A stretch of DNA of 64,000 bases from positions 1 through 64,000 of the forward strand of contig MCFE01000193.1 of the NCBI GenBank assembly GCA_002104905.1, in the 5' to 3' direction. Source of the DNA: Basidiobolus meristosporus CBS 931.73 (taxonomy: Eukaryota; Fungi; Basidiobolomycota). Position 1 is the first letter of the stretch. Each line of letters begins with the position of its first letter. A program made the translations under genes and the position numbers. Of the stretch, positions 23,194 through 38,015 are shown one piece after another. The notes beneath the pieces are model-generated. The model was not told where the DNA came from, did no database searches, and was given only the letters and a program-made list of their open reading frames with translations.

Positions 23194-26100
23194 TGTTGTA
23201 AAAATTTGTAATTCCACCTCAATATTCACCTAACTTAGTCACTTAGATCATTACATTCAAATCCTAGAGAATACTGACCAAATTCCTTGTTGGGATTTAC
23301 TCAGAATATTCTCACCAAATTACCAGGTACCCAGAACATGAAAATTCTCAAAGTTGTCCAAACAGCTCCAAGCTTTGCACACATGTTCTTGGGACCTTCC
23401 TTAGCCCATTCTAGGTGCTCTTTATGCCAAGATCATGTAAAAGTATAAATACTACTTTTACATTCAATAAATCATTAAGTGAAAACCACATTATCTACTT
23501 GTTCTCCCAATCACTTCCAATATCTTCAAGACTCTTACAACAGGTTTTGAGCCCTGAGCTGTCACTCTGTGCAATGTCTACTACTGCTATTACTGGAATT
23601 TTTCCCTCTGCTGAAAAGTTGGATGGAACTAACTACCAAGTGTGGAAGGTGAAGATGAAGATGCGGCTACAAGAAAGATGCCTTTGGGACATTGTCATGG
23701 GAAAAGAATGATCTCCTAAAAACATGGAAGAGGAAGCCTTAAAGTGCCAGAAAATAGAACAAAGTGCCTTTAACTGCGTTTGCCTTAATGTCAAAGACAA
23801 ATTGCTAATTCAATGGTCAAGAGCAAAAATCACAAAGAATGCCTGGAAGGCATTAGTTGACATAAACCAGTAATGTTCAGCTGCTAAGAAAATGTATCTT
23901 AGACAAAAATATCATACTATAAAGATGCTGCCACAAGAAGAAATGAAAAATCTAATTAACAGAATACCCTGCTGGTGGATGTGATGGAATCTATAGGTAT
24001 AGCAACCACTGATGAAGATGTGATAGTCACCATCCTGAATAGCCCAACAGACAGGTTTCAGGGCCTTGTATCAGCCCTAGAGTCCAGAACCAAAGATTTG
24101 ACCCTAAATTATGCATATGGAAGGCTCCTGGATGAAGAGTTAAGAAAATCAAGCACCAACCAGAAGGAAGAAGAAAATGCCTTAATAATAAATGATTACC
24201 ATCAAAGGAGAAACCCAGGACCTTTAAAGGCAATAACAACCTGTTTTGCAACTACTGCAAAAGGAAAGGACACATATCAGACTGGTGCTTCAAAAAGAGA
24301 TATAATCAGCAGAAAAAGCCTAAATATGGAAACGCTGCAACAACTGAAGATAGACTATTCATGTCTGGACTAAATATGACCACAAACAATAATTCTCAGA
24401 TGTGGTATATTGACTCTGGAGCATTTCAACTCTTTACACACCAAGAAGAACTTCTTAGCCAATATCAAGAAATTCCAATTGAGAAAGTTTTCATGGGTGA
24501 CAATAGAACACATGATGCAGTGGGAGAAGGAACTATCCAAGTAAACCTTAGAAGCAGCAAAGGAAGCTATACACTGACCTTTAAAGAAGTACACTATGTA
24601 CCAGAAGTAGCCAGGAACCTAGTATCTTTAAACAGGGCCACTGCAGAAGGACTCAATTTCAGCTTTGACAATTCTGGATACAGGATCACTGATCAATATG
24701 GTGCCCATATTGCTTTTGGTATCAGGTATCAGAATCTATGCAGGTTGACTCATATTCCATCATATTTGGAAGCCAATATAAGTAACATAAATGAAGAAAT
24801 GCCAAAGCTTTGGCACAGAAGATTTGGGCACATCAATTTTGATTATTTGCGCATAATGATCAAAGATCAGCTAATTTCTGGAGTGAAAATTGCTCCCCTA
24901 GCTAATTTGGAGCACTGTGAAGCCTGCATATATGGGAAACAGGCCAGACAACTGCTCAAGAGCTCTGGGTGAATAAAAACTAAGAAAAACCTAGATCTAA
25001 TTCACTCAGATCTGTGTGGACCTATGCAAAATTTATCCTTAGGCGGGATGAAGTATTTAACCACTTTTATTGATGATTATACAAGATACACATGGGTCTA
25101 CTTCATGGAGAGAAAGGAAGAAGCTCTGTCTAAGTTCAGGGAGTTTAAAGCCATGGTGGAGAGAGAAACTGGTGAAAAAATCAAGAAAATATGCTCTGAC
25201 AATGGTGGAGAATATACCTCAAAACTCTTCATCCACTTCTGCAAAATTCATGGGATAAGTCAAGAGACTACCATACAATACTCCCCACAGCAAAATGGAG
25301 TAGCAGAACATGCTAACAGATCAATAATTGATATGGCAAGATCTATGATCCATGATCAAAAATTATCCTATGATTTTTGGGCGGAATCAGTTGCCACTGC
25401 TGTATATCTTAAAAATAGGAGTTATAACAGAATACTTTGTGATTCTACTCCTTTTGAAGCATGGTATGGATACAGACCAAGTGCAGAACATCAAAGAATA
25501 TTTGGGTGTACAGCATATGCCAAAAAACTGGCCGGAAATCAGTCAAAATTTGAGCCAAAAAGTGTAAAATGCATATTATTGGGCTACTGCAATGAGAGTA
25601 AGGCATACAGACTCTACAATACCAAAGCAAAGAAGCTGATCAAGTCCAGGGATGTGTTGTTTGATGAAAATTCAAAATTTTCACAAAAAATGACATCAGA
25701 TGATGACAAAAGTTTGATCTCAAGTCCACCAATTGTCAGGATTGAATCAGAGCAAGACAATGAAGATTTTTTCACTCCAGAGGACTCTACAACTGTGGTT
25801 CAGCCAGAATCAGTGCCCAGGAATATCCCAGAAGTGATCATTCCAGTATCAAATTCCTGGAGATCCAATTGGACAAGAAATAGCCCAAATTACTATATCA
25901 ATGAGGGTACAAACTTAGCTTATATTGAAAATTCTCAAAGTTGTCCAAACAGCCCCAAACTTTGCACACATGCTCTTGGGACCTTTCTTAGCCTATTCTA
26001 CATGTTTATAATCCCAAGACCATGTAAAAGTATAAATACTACTTTCACATTCAATAAATCATTAAGTGAAGACAACATAATCTACTCTCCTCCTAGTCAC

Positions 26101-29100
26101 TTCCAATATCTTCAAGACTCTTACAACAGGGTATGAGCCCCAAGCTGTCACTCTCTGCAATATCTACTACTCATACTACTGGAATTTTCCCTCTGCTGAA
26201 AAGTGGGATGGATCTAACTACCAAGTGTGGAAGGTGAAGATGATGATGCTGCTATAAGAAAGAGGCCTTTGGGATATTGTCATTGGAGAAGAATGCCGTC
26301 CTAAAAACATGGGAGAGGAAGCCCTCAAGTACCAGAAGAAAGAGCAAAGTGCCTTTAACTGCATTTGCCTTAATGTTAAGGACAAATTGCAAGTTCAATG
26401 CTCAAGAGCAAAAACAGCAAAGAATGCCTGGAAGGCATTAGAATACACCTACCAGTCAGGTTCAGCTGATAAGAAAATGTATCTGAGACAAAAATTCTTT
26501 GCTACAAAGATGCTGCCAGGAGAAGAAATGAAAAATCTAATTAACAGAATTACCCTGCTGGTAGATGAGATGGAATCTGTGGGCGTACCAACTACTGACA
26601 AGGATGCAATAGTTACCATCCTGAATAGCATGACAGACAAGTTTCCAGGCCTTGTATCAGCCCTGGAGTCCAGACCTGAAGATTTGACCTTAAATTATAT
26701 ATATGGTAGGCTCCTGGATGAAAAATTAAGAAAATGCTTTAATAAGCAATGGTAACCAGCAAAGGAGGTACCCAAAACCCTACAAAGGCAACAGCAACCT
26801 GTTTTGCATCTACTGCAAAAGGAAAGGACACACATCAGACCAGTACTTCAAAAAGAAAGATAGTCAGCAGAAAAAGCCTGAATATGGAAATGCTGCAACA
26901 AGTGAAGATAGACTATTCATATCTGCACTAAATATGACCACAAACAAGAATTCTCAGAAGTGGTATATTTACTCTGGAGCATCTCAACACTTTACACACC
27001 AAAAAGAACTTTTTACCCAATATCAAGAAATTCCAATCAAGAAGGTTTTCATGGGTGACAATAGAACACTTGATGCCGTGAAGAAGGAACTATCCAAGTA
27101 AGCCTAAGAGGCAGTAAAGAAAGCCATACATTGACCTTTAAAGAAGTACTCTATGTACCAGAAATAGCCAAGAACCTAGTAACTGTAAGCAAGGCCACTG
27201 CAGAAGGACTCAGCTTCAGCTTTGACATTTCTGGATGCAAGATCACTGATCAAAATGGTCCACATATTGCTTTGGGTATCAGAGATCAGTACCTATACAA
27301 GTTGACTTATATTACATCATATTTGGAAGCCAATATAAGTAACTTAAGCAAAGAAACACCAATGCTTTGGCACAGGAGATTTGGGCACAACAATTTTGAT
27401 TATTTGCGTAAAATGATCAAAGATCAGCTAATTTCTGGAGTAAAAACTGATCCCCCAGCTGATTTGGAGCACTGTGAAGCCTGCATATATGTGAAACAAG
27501 TCAGACAACCATGCAGGAGCTCTGGGTTAGTCAAAACTAAGAAAAAATTAAGTCCAGTTCACTCAAATCTGTGCAGACCTATGCAAAATTTATCCTTAGG
27601 TGGGATGAAATATTTGATCACCTTTATTGATAATTATACAAGATACACATGGGTCTACTTCATGGAGAGAAAGGAAGAAGATCTGTCTAGTTCAGGGAGC
27701 TTAAACTATGGTGGAGAGAGAAACTAGTGAAAAAAGCAAGAAAATGCACTCTGACAATGGTAGAGAATATACCTCAGAACTCTTCATCCACTTCTGCAAA
27801 ATTCATGGGATAAAGCAAGAGACTACTGTACCATACTCCCCACTGCCAAATGGAGTAGCAGAATGTACTAACAGTTCAATAATTGATATGGCAAGATCCA
27901 TGATCCATGATCAAAATGTATCCTACAATTTTTGGGTGGAATCAGCTGCCACTGCTGTACATCTTAAAAATAGGAGTTATTACAGAGCAAAACAATGACA
28001 ATTTTTTCGCTCCAGAGGACTCTACAACTGTGGCTCAGCCTGAGGCAGTGCCTAGGAATATCCCAGAAGTGATCATTCCAGTATCAAAAGCCTGGAGATC
28101 CAATTGGACAAGAAATAGCCCAAATTACTATATCAAATAGGGTACAAACTTAGCTTATACCTATTCAGTCCATATTGATCCACCCCAGACTGCAAAAGAG
28201 GCCCTAAATAGCCCTCAGACAAAGCTTTGGAGATCTGCAATGACTGAGGAATATCAGGCCCTGATGGAAAATCAAACTTGGGACTTAGTCAAATTACCAA
28301 TCAACCAAAAATCAATTGGATGCAGATGGGTCTTCAATACAAAATACAAGGCTAATGGTACAGTTGAAAAATAAAAAGCAAGACTTGTGGCCAAAGGATA
28401 CTCTCAAACTAAAGTACTTGACTATACTGAGACCTTTGCATTGGTAGCCAAGTTTCATTCTATCAGATTAATATTGGCTATTGCAGCCAAATATATGTTT
28501 TTTATAAATCAATTGGATGTAAAAACAGCATTTATGAATGGAGAACTTAATGAGGATGTGTATATGAACCAGCCTGATGGATTTGCTGACCAAGACAACT
28601 TCCACTTGGTATGCAAGCTTAAAAAATCACTATATGGCCTCAAAAGCCAAGAGCCTGGAATTGCAAGATAGATTCTTATTTTGGAATCTTTGAGTGTCAA
28701 ACACAGTATTGCTGACTATAGCATATACTATGAGCCAGATAAAGCAAATCAAGTTCTATTAGCTCTATATGTGGATGACTTATTTTAACTGCCAATAACC
28801 TAGTAACATTGGAAGAGACTAAATCCAGCCTATCTAAGGAGTTCAGGATGTCCAATCTAGGAGAACTCAGTTACTACTTATGGATTACGCTCTCCATAGA
28901 CAGAAGTACCCAGACTATCACCCTTGGCCAGTCCAAGTATATTCAAGATATACTAAAGAAGTACCAAATGGAAGACTGTAAACCGGCAGCAACCCCAATG
29001 GAGACAAACCTAAATTTGGTCAAAACTCAATCAAATTAAGAGAGCTTGGTGCCATCTGAAAGCCCTGACTCTCCTTATCAATCTATGGCTGGCAGTCTGA

Positions 29101-32100
29101 TGTATATCATGCTTGGAACATGTCCAGATATCCCATATTCAGTAGGAGTTGTCAGCCAACATAATCAGAAATATGGATCTGATCATATTGCAGCAGTTAA
29201 GCAGATTTTTAGAAACCTATACAGAACTGCTGATATCTGCTTAAAATATACTTATACAAATTCAGAACAGGATCTTGTGGGATACTCTGATGCTGATAGG
29301 GGACAAAATTTAAAAGACAGAAGATCCACCACAGGATACACCTTTCTTTACTGTCAAGGAGCAATTGCATGGAATTCAAGTAAGCAACCAACCATGCACT
29401 TTCTACTACAGATGCAGAGTACATGGCAGCCTGTGAAGCTACAAAAGAAGCAATATGGCTGAGAAAGCTTTTTACAGATTTAGGCCTATGTCAAAAAATG
29501 CCTATTACTTTATTTGAAGATAATCAAGGATGTATACAATTAGGTAGAAATCCAACTTTTCATGCTAGAACCAAGCATATAGATATTAGACATCATTTCA
29601 TATGTGAAGCTATAGAGAATAACTTAGTTTAGCTTACTGTCCTACAGATGAAGTGATTGCCAACATATTTACCAAACCATATGCTAGAGACAAGTTTGAA
29701 TATCTTAGGTCAAAATTAGGACTAGTCAGTATGAACATTTAGCTGAGTGGGATTGTTGTAAAAAGTTGTAATTCCACCTAAATATTCACCTAACTTAGTC
29801 ACTTGGATCATTACCTTCAAATCCTAGAGGATATTGACCAAATACCTTGCTGGGCTTTACTTAGAATATTTTCACTGAAATACTGGGTACCCAGAACATG
29901 AAAATTCTCAAAGTTGTCCAAACAGCCCCAAATTTTGCACACATGCTCTTGGGACCTTTCTTAGCTTATTCTATGTGTTTGTAATGCCAAGACCATGTCA
30001 AAGTATAAATACTACTTTCACATTAAATAAATCATTAAGTGAAAACCACATATTCTACCTGTGCTCCCAATCACTTCCAATATCTTCAAAACTCTTACAA
30101 CAAAAGGTAGTACCCAAGACCCTACAAAGGCAACAGCAACCTGTTTTGCAACTACTGCAAAAGGAAAGGACACACATTATACCAGTGTCTCAAAAAGTGA
30201 GATAATGAGCAAAAGAAGCCTGAATATGAGAATGCTGCAATAAGTGAAGATAGACTACTCATATCTGCACTAAATATGACCACAAACAAGAATTCTCAGA
30301 AGTGGTATATTTACTCTGGAGCATCTCAACACTTTACACACCAAAAAGAACTTTTTACCCAATATCAAGAAATTCCAATCAAGAAGGTTTTCATGGGCAA
30401 CAATAGAACACTTGATGCCGTGAAGAAGGAACTATCCAAGTAAGCCTAAGAAGCAGTAAAGGAAGCCATACACTGACCTTTAAAGAAGTACTCTATGTAC
30501 CAGAAATAGCCAAGAACCTAGTAACTGTAAGCAAGGCCACTGCAGAAGGACTCAGTTTCAGCTTTGACATTTCTGGATGCAAGATCACTGATCAAAATGG
30601 TCCACATATTGCTTTAGGTATTAGAGATCAGAACCTATACAAGTTGACTTATATTACATCAAATTTGGAAGCCAATATAAGTAACTTAAGTGAAGAAACA
30701 CCAATGATTTGGCAGAGGAGGCTTGGGGATATCAATTTTGATTTTTTGCGCAAAATGATCAAAGATCAGCTACATTCTGGAGTAAAAATTGATCCCCCAG
30801 CTGATTTGGAGCACTGTGAAGCCTGCATATATGTGCAACAAACCAGACAACCATTCAAGAGCTCTGGGTTAGTCAAAACTAAGAAAAAATTAAATCCAGT
30901 TCACTCATATTTGTGTGGACCTATGCTAAATTTATCCTTAGGTGGGATGAAGTATTTAATTCCCTTTATTGATAATTATACAAGATACACATTGGTCTAC
31001 TTCATGGAAAAAGAGGAAGAAGCACTGTCTAAGCTCAGGGAGCTTAAAGCCATGGCAGAGAGAGAAATTGGTGAAAAAATCAACAAAATACACTCTGACA
31101 ATGGTGGACAATATACCTCAAAACTCTTCATCCACTTCCGCAAAATTCATAGGTTAGAGCAAGAGACTACTGTACCATACTCCCCACTGCCAAATGAAGT
31201 AGCAGAATGCGCTAACAGATCAATAATTGATATGGCAAGATCCATGATGCATGATCAAAAATTATCCTATGATTTTTAGGCAGAATCAGTTGCCACAGGT
31301 TGATACCTTAAGAATAGGAGTTATAGCAGAATTCTTTGTGATTCTACTCCATCTGAAGCATAGTATGGGTACAGACCAAGTGCAAAACGTCTAAGAATAC
31401 TTGAGTGTACAGTATATGCCAAGAGGCTGCCTGGAAATCAGTCAAAATTTGAACCAAAAAGTGTAAAATGCATATTTTTGGGTTACTGCAATGAGAGTAA
31501 AGTATGCAGACTCTACAATACCAGAGTAAAGAAGCTGATAAAGTCCAGGAATATGTTGTTTGATGCAAATTCAAAATTTTCACAAAAAATGACACCAGAT
31601 GATTACAAAAATCTGATCTCAAGTCTACCAATTGTCAGGTTTGAATCAGAGCCAAACAATGAAAGTTCTTTCACCCCAGAGGACTATACAACTGTAGTTC
31701 AGCCTGAAGCAGTGTCCAGGAATATACCAAAAGTGATTATTATAGTATCAAATGCCTGGAGATCAAATCAGAAAAGAAATAGCCCAAATTACTATATCAA
31801 AGAGGGTACAAACTTAGCCTACACCTATTCAGTCCATATAGATGAGCCCCAGACTGCAAACAAGGCCCAAAATATCCATCAGACAAAGTTTTGGAGATCT
31901 GCAACAACTGAGGAATATCAGGCCCTGATGGAAAATCAAACATGGGCTTAGTCAAATTACCAATCAACCAAAAATCAATCGGATGCAGATGGGTCTTCAA
32001 TACAAAATACAAGGCTAATGGTACAGTTGAAAAATAAAAAGCAAGACTTGTGGCTAAAGGATACTCTCAAACAAAAGGACTTGACTGTACTGCAACCTTT

Positions 32101-34841
32101 GCACCAGTAGCCAAATTTAATTCCATCAGATTAATATTGGCTATTGCAGCCAAATGCAGGTTTTTTATTTCTCAAATGGATGTAAAAACTGCATTTTTGA
32201 ATGAAGAATTTGATGAGGACATGTAGATGGACCACCCTGATGGATTTGCTGACCAAGATGACCTCCACTTGGTCTGCAAGCTGAAACAGTCACTAGATGG
32301 TCTCAAACAATCACCATGAGGCTGAAATTGCAAGATAGATTCATATTTGGAATCTTTGAGTTTCAAACACAGTGATGCTGACTATAGTATATATTGCAAG
32401 CCAGAGAGAGCAAGTCCAGTTCTATTAGCTCTATATGTGGATGATCTTATTATAGCCACCAATAACCTAGAAACATTGGAAGAGACTTAATCCAGCCTAT
32501 CTAAGGAGCGCAAGACATCCAATCTAGGAAAACTCAATTACTACTTAGGGAGTATGCTCTCCATAGAGTACCCAGACTATTACCCTAAGCCAATCCAAGT
32601 ATACTCAAGAAATACAAAACAAGCACCAAATGGAAGACTGTAAACCAGCAGCTACCCCAATGGAGACACACCTTGACTTGACCAAAACATAACCAAATCA
32701 AGAGAGCTTGGTGCCATCTAAAAGCCCTGACTTTCCATATCAATCTATGGTTGGCAGTCTGATATATACTGTGTTTGGAACATGCCCAGATATCTCATAT
32801 ACAGTAGGAGTTGTCAGCCAACATGATCAGAACTATAGACCTGATCATATTGCAGCAGTAAAGCAGATTTTTAGATACCTATAAGGAACTGCTGATGTCT
32901 GCCAAGATAGACTTATAAGGATTCAGAACAGGATCTTGTGCAATACTCTGATACTAATTGGGGACAAAACTTGTCTGACAGAAGATCCACCACAGGTCAC
33001 ACCTTTCTTGCCTGTAAAGGAGCAATTTCATGGAATTCAAGTAAGCAACCAACCGTTGTGGTGGTGTATAAGTCCAAGGGAGAGATACATCCAACACTTC
33101 TCAAGTGTTTTGTGTGTGGGGTGTTCACTGGGTGCAATAGCCTCTGGCAAAAGCTTGCTAGGAATACTTGGGTTCTGTCTCTAATCTAATGTGAAGGGGA
33201 ATAAAGCCACAAGCTTGTCAAGGGAAAACTACTGAGCTACAATCCCCAACTTAGTTGGCATCTTAACAAAAGTATGTGCTGGGTTCAGCATCCTTTGAGA
33301 TGACAATGCACTAAAGCTTCCAAAGTCAAAACAACTGTAAACTCCACCAGCAGGGACTTGATAAGAATGCAGCTGTGGTCAACAGTTACAAAGACAGAAA
33401 AGTATCTTTGCCTGTGCAAGAACAAACTTGGGAAAGAATCATATAATAAAAGATACCTACTCTGAGTATTCCTCACAAGTATTGCCTCCAAGGTCAGTTG
33501 GCTGTCAGCGCGGTTTCCTGGGTGTGCCCTGTGGTCTGGGGTTGGAAGTACAGGTGGCAGCAGGTAGCAGTGATCACACTGACCAACAAGTTGGAATATT
33601 GATAAAAGGGATGATAATTTATTGTTGAGGGATAGCCTCCCTTAAGTACTTTTCTTACTGGCTAAGTGATTATTAATCATGGTGTTCCAGAAGGTTCTGG
33701 ATATCAATTGAAATCTTAATGACATCAGAATGACCTAAGAATGCTCTAAGTAGGTGCCGGAAGGTTCTAAGAGGCACAGCACATCCAACCAATCAGGAGT
33801 CAGTATTCTGAAACTTGCATAACATAGGGATACCAGATATGATATGGAAATGGTGGGGATGGTGACACGGGTTGATCATGTGTCATAAGTACTGGCGCAG
33901 GTACTTGCCTAATATGGAGGCACTTATAGCTAGTAATCTTACATAAAGTGAGGGGTAACTTATGCAATAAGGTAAGTAGGTGTGATAGTCAACCGGCTTA
34001 TGGGATAGTACTGATTGGGTAAGACAAATGGGATAAAACTGAAATAAATGTAGTAGAGATATAGGGAAGTAGAAAATGAGGGAATGAGCACATCTGTCAG
34101 TGGGTGTCACTGTCACCCCACTACACTGTAGCACTTTCTACCACAGAGGCAGAGTATATGGCAGCCTGTGAAGCTACAAGAGAAGCAATGTGCTTAAGAA
34201 GGATTTTTATAGATATAGGCCTATGCCAAAAAACGCCTATTACATTATTTCAAGATAATCAAGGATGTATATAATTAGGTAGAAATCCAACTTTTCATGC
34301 TAGTACTAAGCACATAGATATTAGACATCATTTCATACAAGAAACTATAGAGAATAACTTAGTTAGCTTATTTTACTGTACTTCAAACAAAACAATTGCA
34401 GACATATTTACAAAACCATTAGCTACAGACAAGTTTGAATATCTTAGGTCAATATTAGGACTAGTCAGTATGAACATTTAGCTGAGTGGGAGTGTTGTAA
34501 AAGCATGTAATTCCACCTAAATACTCACCTATCTTAGTCACTTGGATCATTACCTTCAAATCCTAGAGGATACTGTCCAAATTCCTTGTTGGGATTTACT
34601 TAGAATATTTTCACTGAAATACCAGGTACCCAGAACATGAAAATTCTCAAAGTTGTCCATACATCCCCAAACTTTGCAAACATGTTCTTGGGACCTTCCT
34701 TAATTTATTTTATGTGTTTGTATTGCTAAGACCATGTAAAAGTATAAATTCAACTTTTACATTCAATAAATCATTAAGTGAAGACCACATAATCTACTTG
34801 TCCTCCCAATCACTGCCAATATCTCCAAGACTCTCACAATA
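23194..34841 (+). mobile_element. Tandem array of three degenerate Copia (family A) units sharing LTRs
   Basis: 349-bp LTRs TGTTGTAA...CAACA at 23194-23542, 29754-30102 and 34493-34841 (last ends CAATA); partial LTR about 25926-26128. PBS at 23543 and 26129, PPT GCTGAGTGGGA. gag (DGTNYQVWKVKM), protease (WYIDSGA), GAG-pre (LWHRRFGH), rve integrase, RT and RNase H fragments in Copia order. No TSD (GTTTG vs GAAAG). Confidence 0.93.
33057..34125 (-). mobile_element. Solo LTR of Gypsy family B (1069 bp) inside Copia unit 3 RNase H
   Basis: Reverse complement of the LTRs at 50103 and 56192. 4-bp TSD CCGT/CTGT; removal restores KQPTVALST. Confidence 0.92.
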
Positions 34842-35168
34842 GAAAGAACCTATATAGTACAACTTGCTCTCTAGGGCAGTTCCTTGAGTCTCAAACACTT
34901 CTTCAATATGAATGAGCCAAGGTCCTAGGTTCTAATTGACTTTGCCATGGTTGCAGCTGACCTTCACACTAAAGTTGCTGTAAATAGCAATTTGCAAGTT
35001 CCATGACATGGTAATCCTCCCTTGTTGCTGTTGGCTAAGAAGCTTGAGTAACTATTATGGTTGGGTCAGAACTTGTTGCAATGTATATCCATTTGTTGCT
35101 TTCTATCTTCTTGATTGTTGTTTATTTTTTCACTACAAGGGAGGTTTTGGCTAATGCTGCTACCAATT

Positions 35169-35400
35169 TTACAAGTCATGATATACAAGAGCTGCAGAGT
35201 AACAAGGATCTTTGCTAGTATTCTATTAACTGAAACTTAGACTGATTTTATTCAGGTCACAACAGCACCTTTTGCACATTTTATCGGATTAGGTGCTGAC
35301 TAATGATATTTCCTAATTTAGGCTATGGCTGGTGACTCATTTGGTTACTGTATTGTCACCCAGTAGGAATTTACCTAACAAATGAATTGCTGTCAGATAA
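35169..35400 (+). repeat. Old dispersed repeat, copy 1 (copy 2 at 46808-47037)
   Basis: Collinear blocks TTACAAGT, TTTATT.AGG, TGCTGACTAAT.ATATTTCCTAAT.TAGG.TATGG.TGGTGACT, TCACCCAGT. Confidence 0.7.
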
Positions 35401-38015
35401 AACTGATTTGATTAAGCATTCAAGTGCTAAATTGTAACAATCTTGCCCAAATCTACAACTTCCCCAGTATCACTTGTAGTATTCAGTGTCCTGAACTTGA
35501 TCATTATTACACCAGTACAGAAATTTCAAAGCTGGCAGCTTACAGCTCAAGTTTTACTAGCTAATCACCACTTGACTATAAAAAAGTCTCAGCTGAGAGA
35601 TCCTGCACTATAAAGATGCCCTTATTTGCTGAAAACCTACTTAAAGATTGCTTCAAGAGACCCTGGTGCTCTAAATATGCCCACTTAGGATCCCCTGTAG
35701 TGTACAGTCCCCTTCAGTAACCACTTGAAGAGTCCTCTTTTATCTGGAGTCACTCCATTAGACAGCCTCACAGGTCTAAGGTACACTTGAGAGACACTAA
35801 AAGCATATTTCTTAAGATTTGAAAAACGTTTTGTGTCCAAAAAAAAATCTCTTCTCACAAAGGAAAGTGGCTGCAAAATTATGTAAAGCTACCAAATGAT
35901 ATATACTCAATAGTCTACAAAGATTAGCATTCTGCTATAGGAGTAGAATATACCACTTATAGTATATTTTGGGCCTAAGACCAGATAAGTCAATGAAAGT
36001 TCATCCTCTATTAATATATTAAACTCCCAATTACTATTTTAGAAATTACATACTGGAAGATGTGGTATATTATAGATTAGCCTTCTTGTCATTGAGCAAG
36101 CCCTAAACTAACTTTGATATATCATAACAGATCAAGCAGGCAGGCAAAGCAACAATATCTATAAAACAGACAACTATCAAAGTTCTTACAGTGGGGCTTT
36201 GCAGCATTATTGGGATACCAAATGGTTGCTGTATTGCTTTAACAGCAGTGCATAAAACTGCAGATTTTTTCCTTAAAACAAGTCAAGTTACAAGTACTAC
36301 CATATCCCAATCTCATGAAGAATATTACCTTCAAGGCCATCATGGATACAATGAGTTGGCACATGGAGGACAGCCAGGAAGAGTTGGAAAATACAGAGGA
36401 CAGATGTGCACATGGAGACACCTATGCCTATGGCATTAAGAAGCTAAGCAGCCCTAATGTTTGAGTAATCAGTTAGGTAATGCAAAGCTGAGTTGTGTGC
36501 AACAAGCAACTAGTTTTTATTAGGAAAACTCTACCAAGGTGCACCAAGTTTCTCTTAGTCACAAGCCAATCCCTACACTAATCAATACAGAACTTACACA
36601 AATACAAGCCAGAGTGCGTCTATAAGGGGGACTAGAATCCAGTAGGGAGAAGGACTATAGTGGCTAATTATCAAAACGTTCTTTGCAGATACTTAGGAGG
36701 TATTCATGGCAGAAGTGACAGCAGCCAAACATATGCTTGCAAGATATATACATTACCAGCAATACAAGGAATATTGCAACTTTGCAAGCATCATGCAAAA
36801 GAGCTGTAAAGTTGAGGTGATACAAGTATGCCAATTGTGGCAAGTGTGAGCATTTGTAGAGGTTAGTAAGCTAGAGGCCATGATATTTTTCAATTCAAAC
36901 TATATGTGGAATACCCCAGGTTGTTGTTGGCAAGCAAATACAGAGGGGTTATTCAACAGTGGAATATGTAAATTGGCAAGGGGAGGTAGAAAAAGGAAAT
37001 TCCATTTAGTAAATTGGTACAGTGGCATTGTACAAGACTAGTTGTAGGCTGCCATACTGCTGTAATAATGCTATCAGTGGTTTGCAAAGAGGTTATCAAA
37101 GCACCATCAAGTATTTTACCACATAAGGCAATTGCATGTACTGGCCTGTTAGATCCACTCAAATGGTTGTAAAGCACACTAAGTCTGCAACAACACCATG
37201 CCACCCTTGGCAAAACACCATACAAACACCATCATATTTTATCAACTTGATTTGGTGGTAAAATTAGCAAAACACTGTTGTGATCCTGTTGTAGTGGGGC
37301 AACAGTGACACCCACTGACAGATTTGCTCATTCCCATATTTTCTACTTCCCTATTTTTCAACTACCCTTATTCAAGTTTTATCCCACTTATCTTACTTGA
37401 TCAGTACTATCCCATCAGCCAGCTGACTATCACACCTGCTTACCTTATTGCATAAGTTATTCCTCACTTTATGTACAATTACTTGATGCAAGTGCTTCTA
37501 TATTAGACAGGTACTGTGCTAGTGCCTATGGCACATGACCAAACCATGTCACCATTGTGGGTTATTACTGACTGTACTTGGTGAGTGGGAGAGCTTGTAG
37601 GTCAAGTCAGTACCACTTGGTTCAGAATAGCTTCCAATAGAAGGTAGCAAGGTAATAAAGACTTCTGTTTATTTTGTCCAAATCTTGTTGTTCTTCCTGG
37701 TTCAATTGGGTAGATATATATATCACTTGGGGGGGCTTAGACAATAGACAATGTGTTATAAAATAGGGGTGTGAACACCTTCCTGTTATGGTAAGTGTTC
37801 TAACTAGATGAGGGCAGGGATAGGAGGGGAGGATGCGTGGGGGAATCATAGGGAGGGTACTGGAGGACTTTGGGTAGGACTCTGGAGGGAACTCTTGGGA
37901 GAACTCTTGGGCAAAGAGTGGGTACTACATTGAGTACTCACATATCCCGGGGGTTAAGTGGGAGCTTTGTCCTCGAAGTTCTTTGACTAACTTGCTTCTC
38001 CAGGATCGAATTTGT

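Noticed and set aside
33285-33628. Recurrent small ORFs in family B LTRs (also 50600-50872, 56688-56960)
   Set aside because: Start and frame differ among copies; recurrence is explained by LTR identity.
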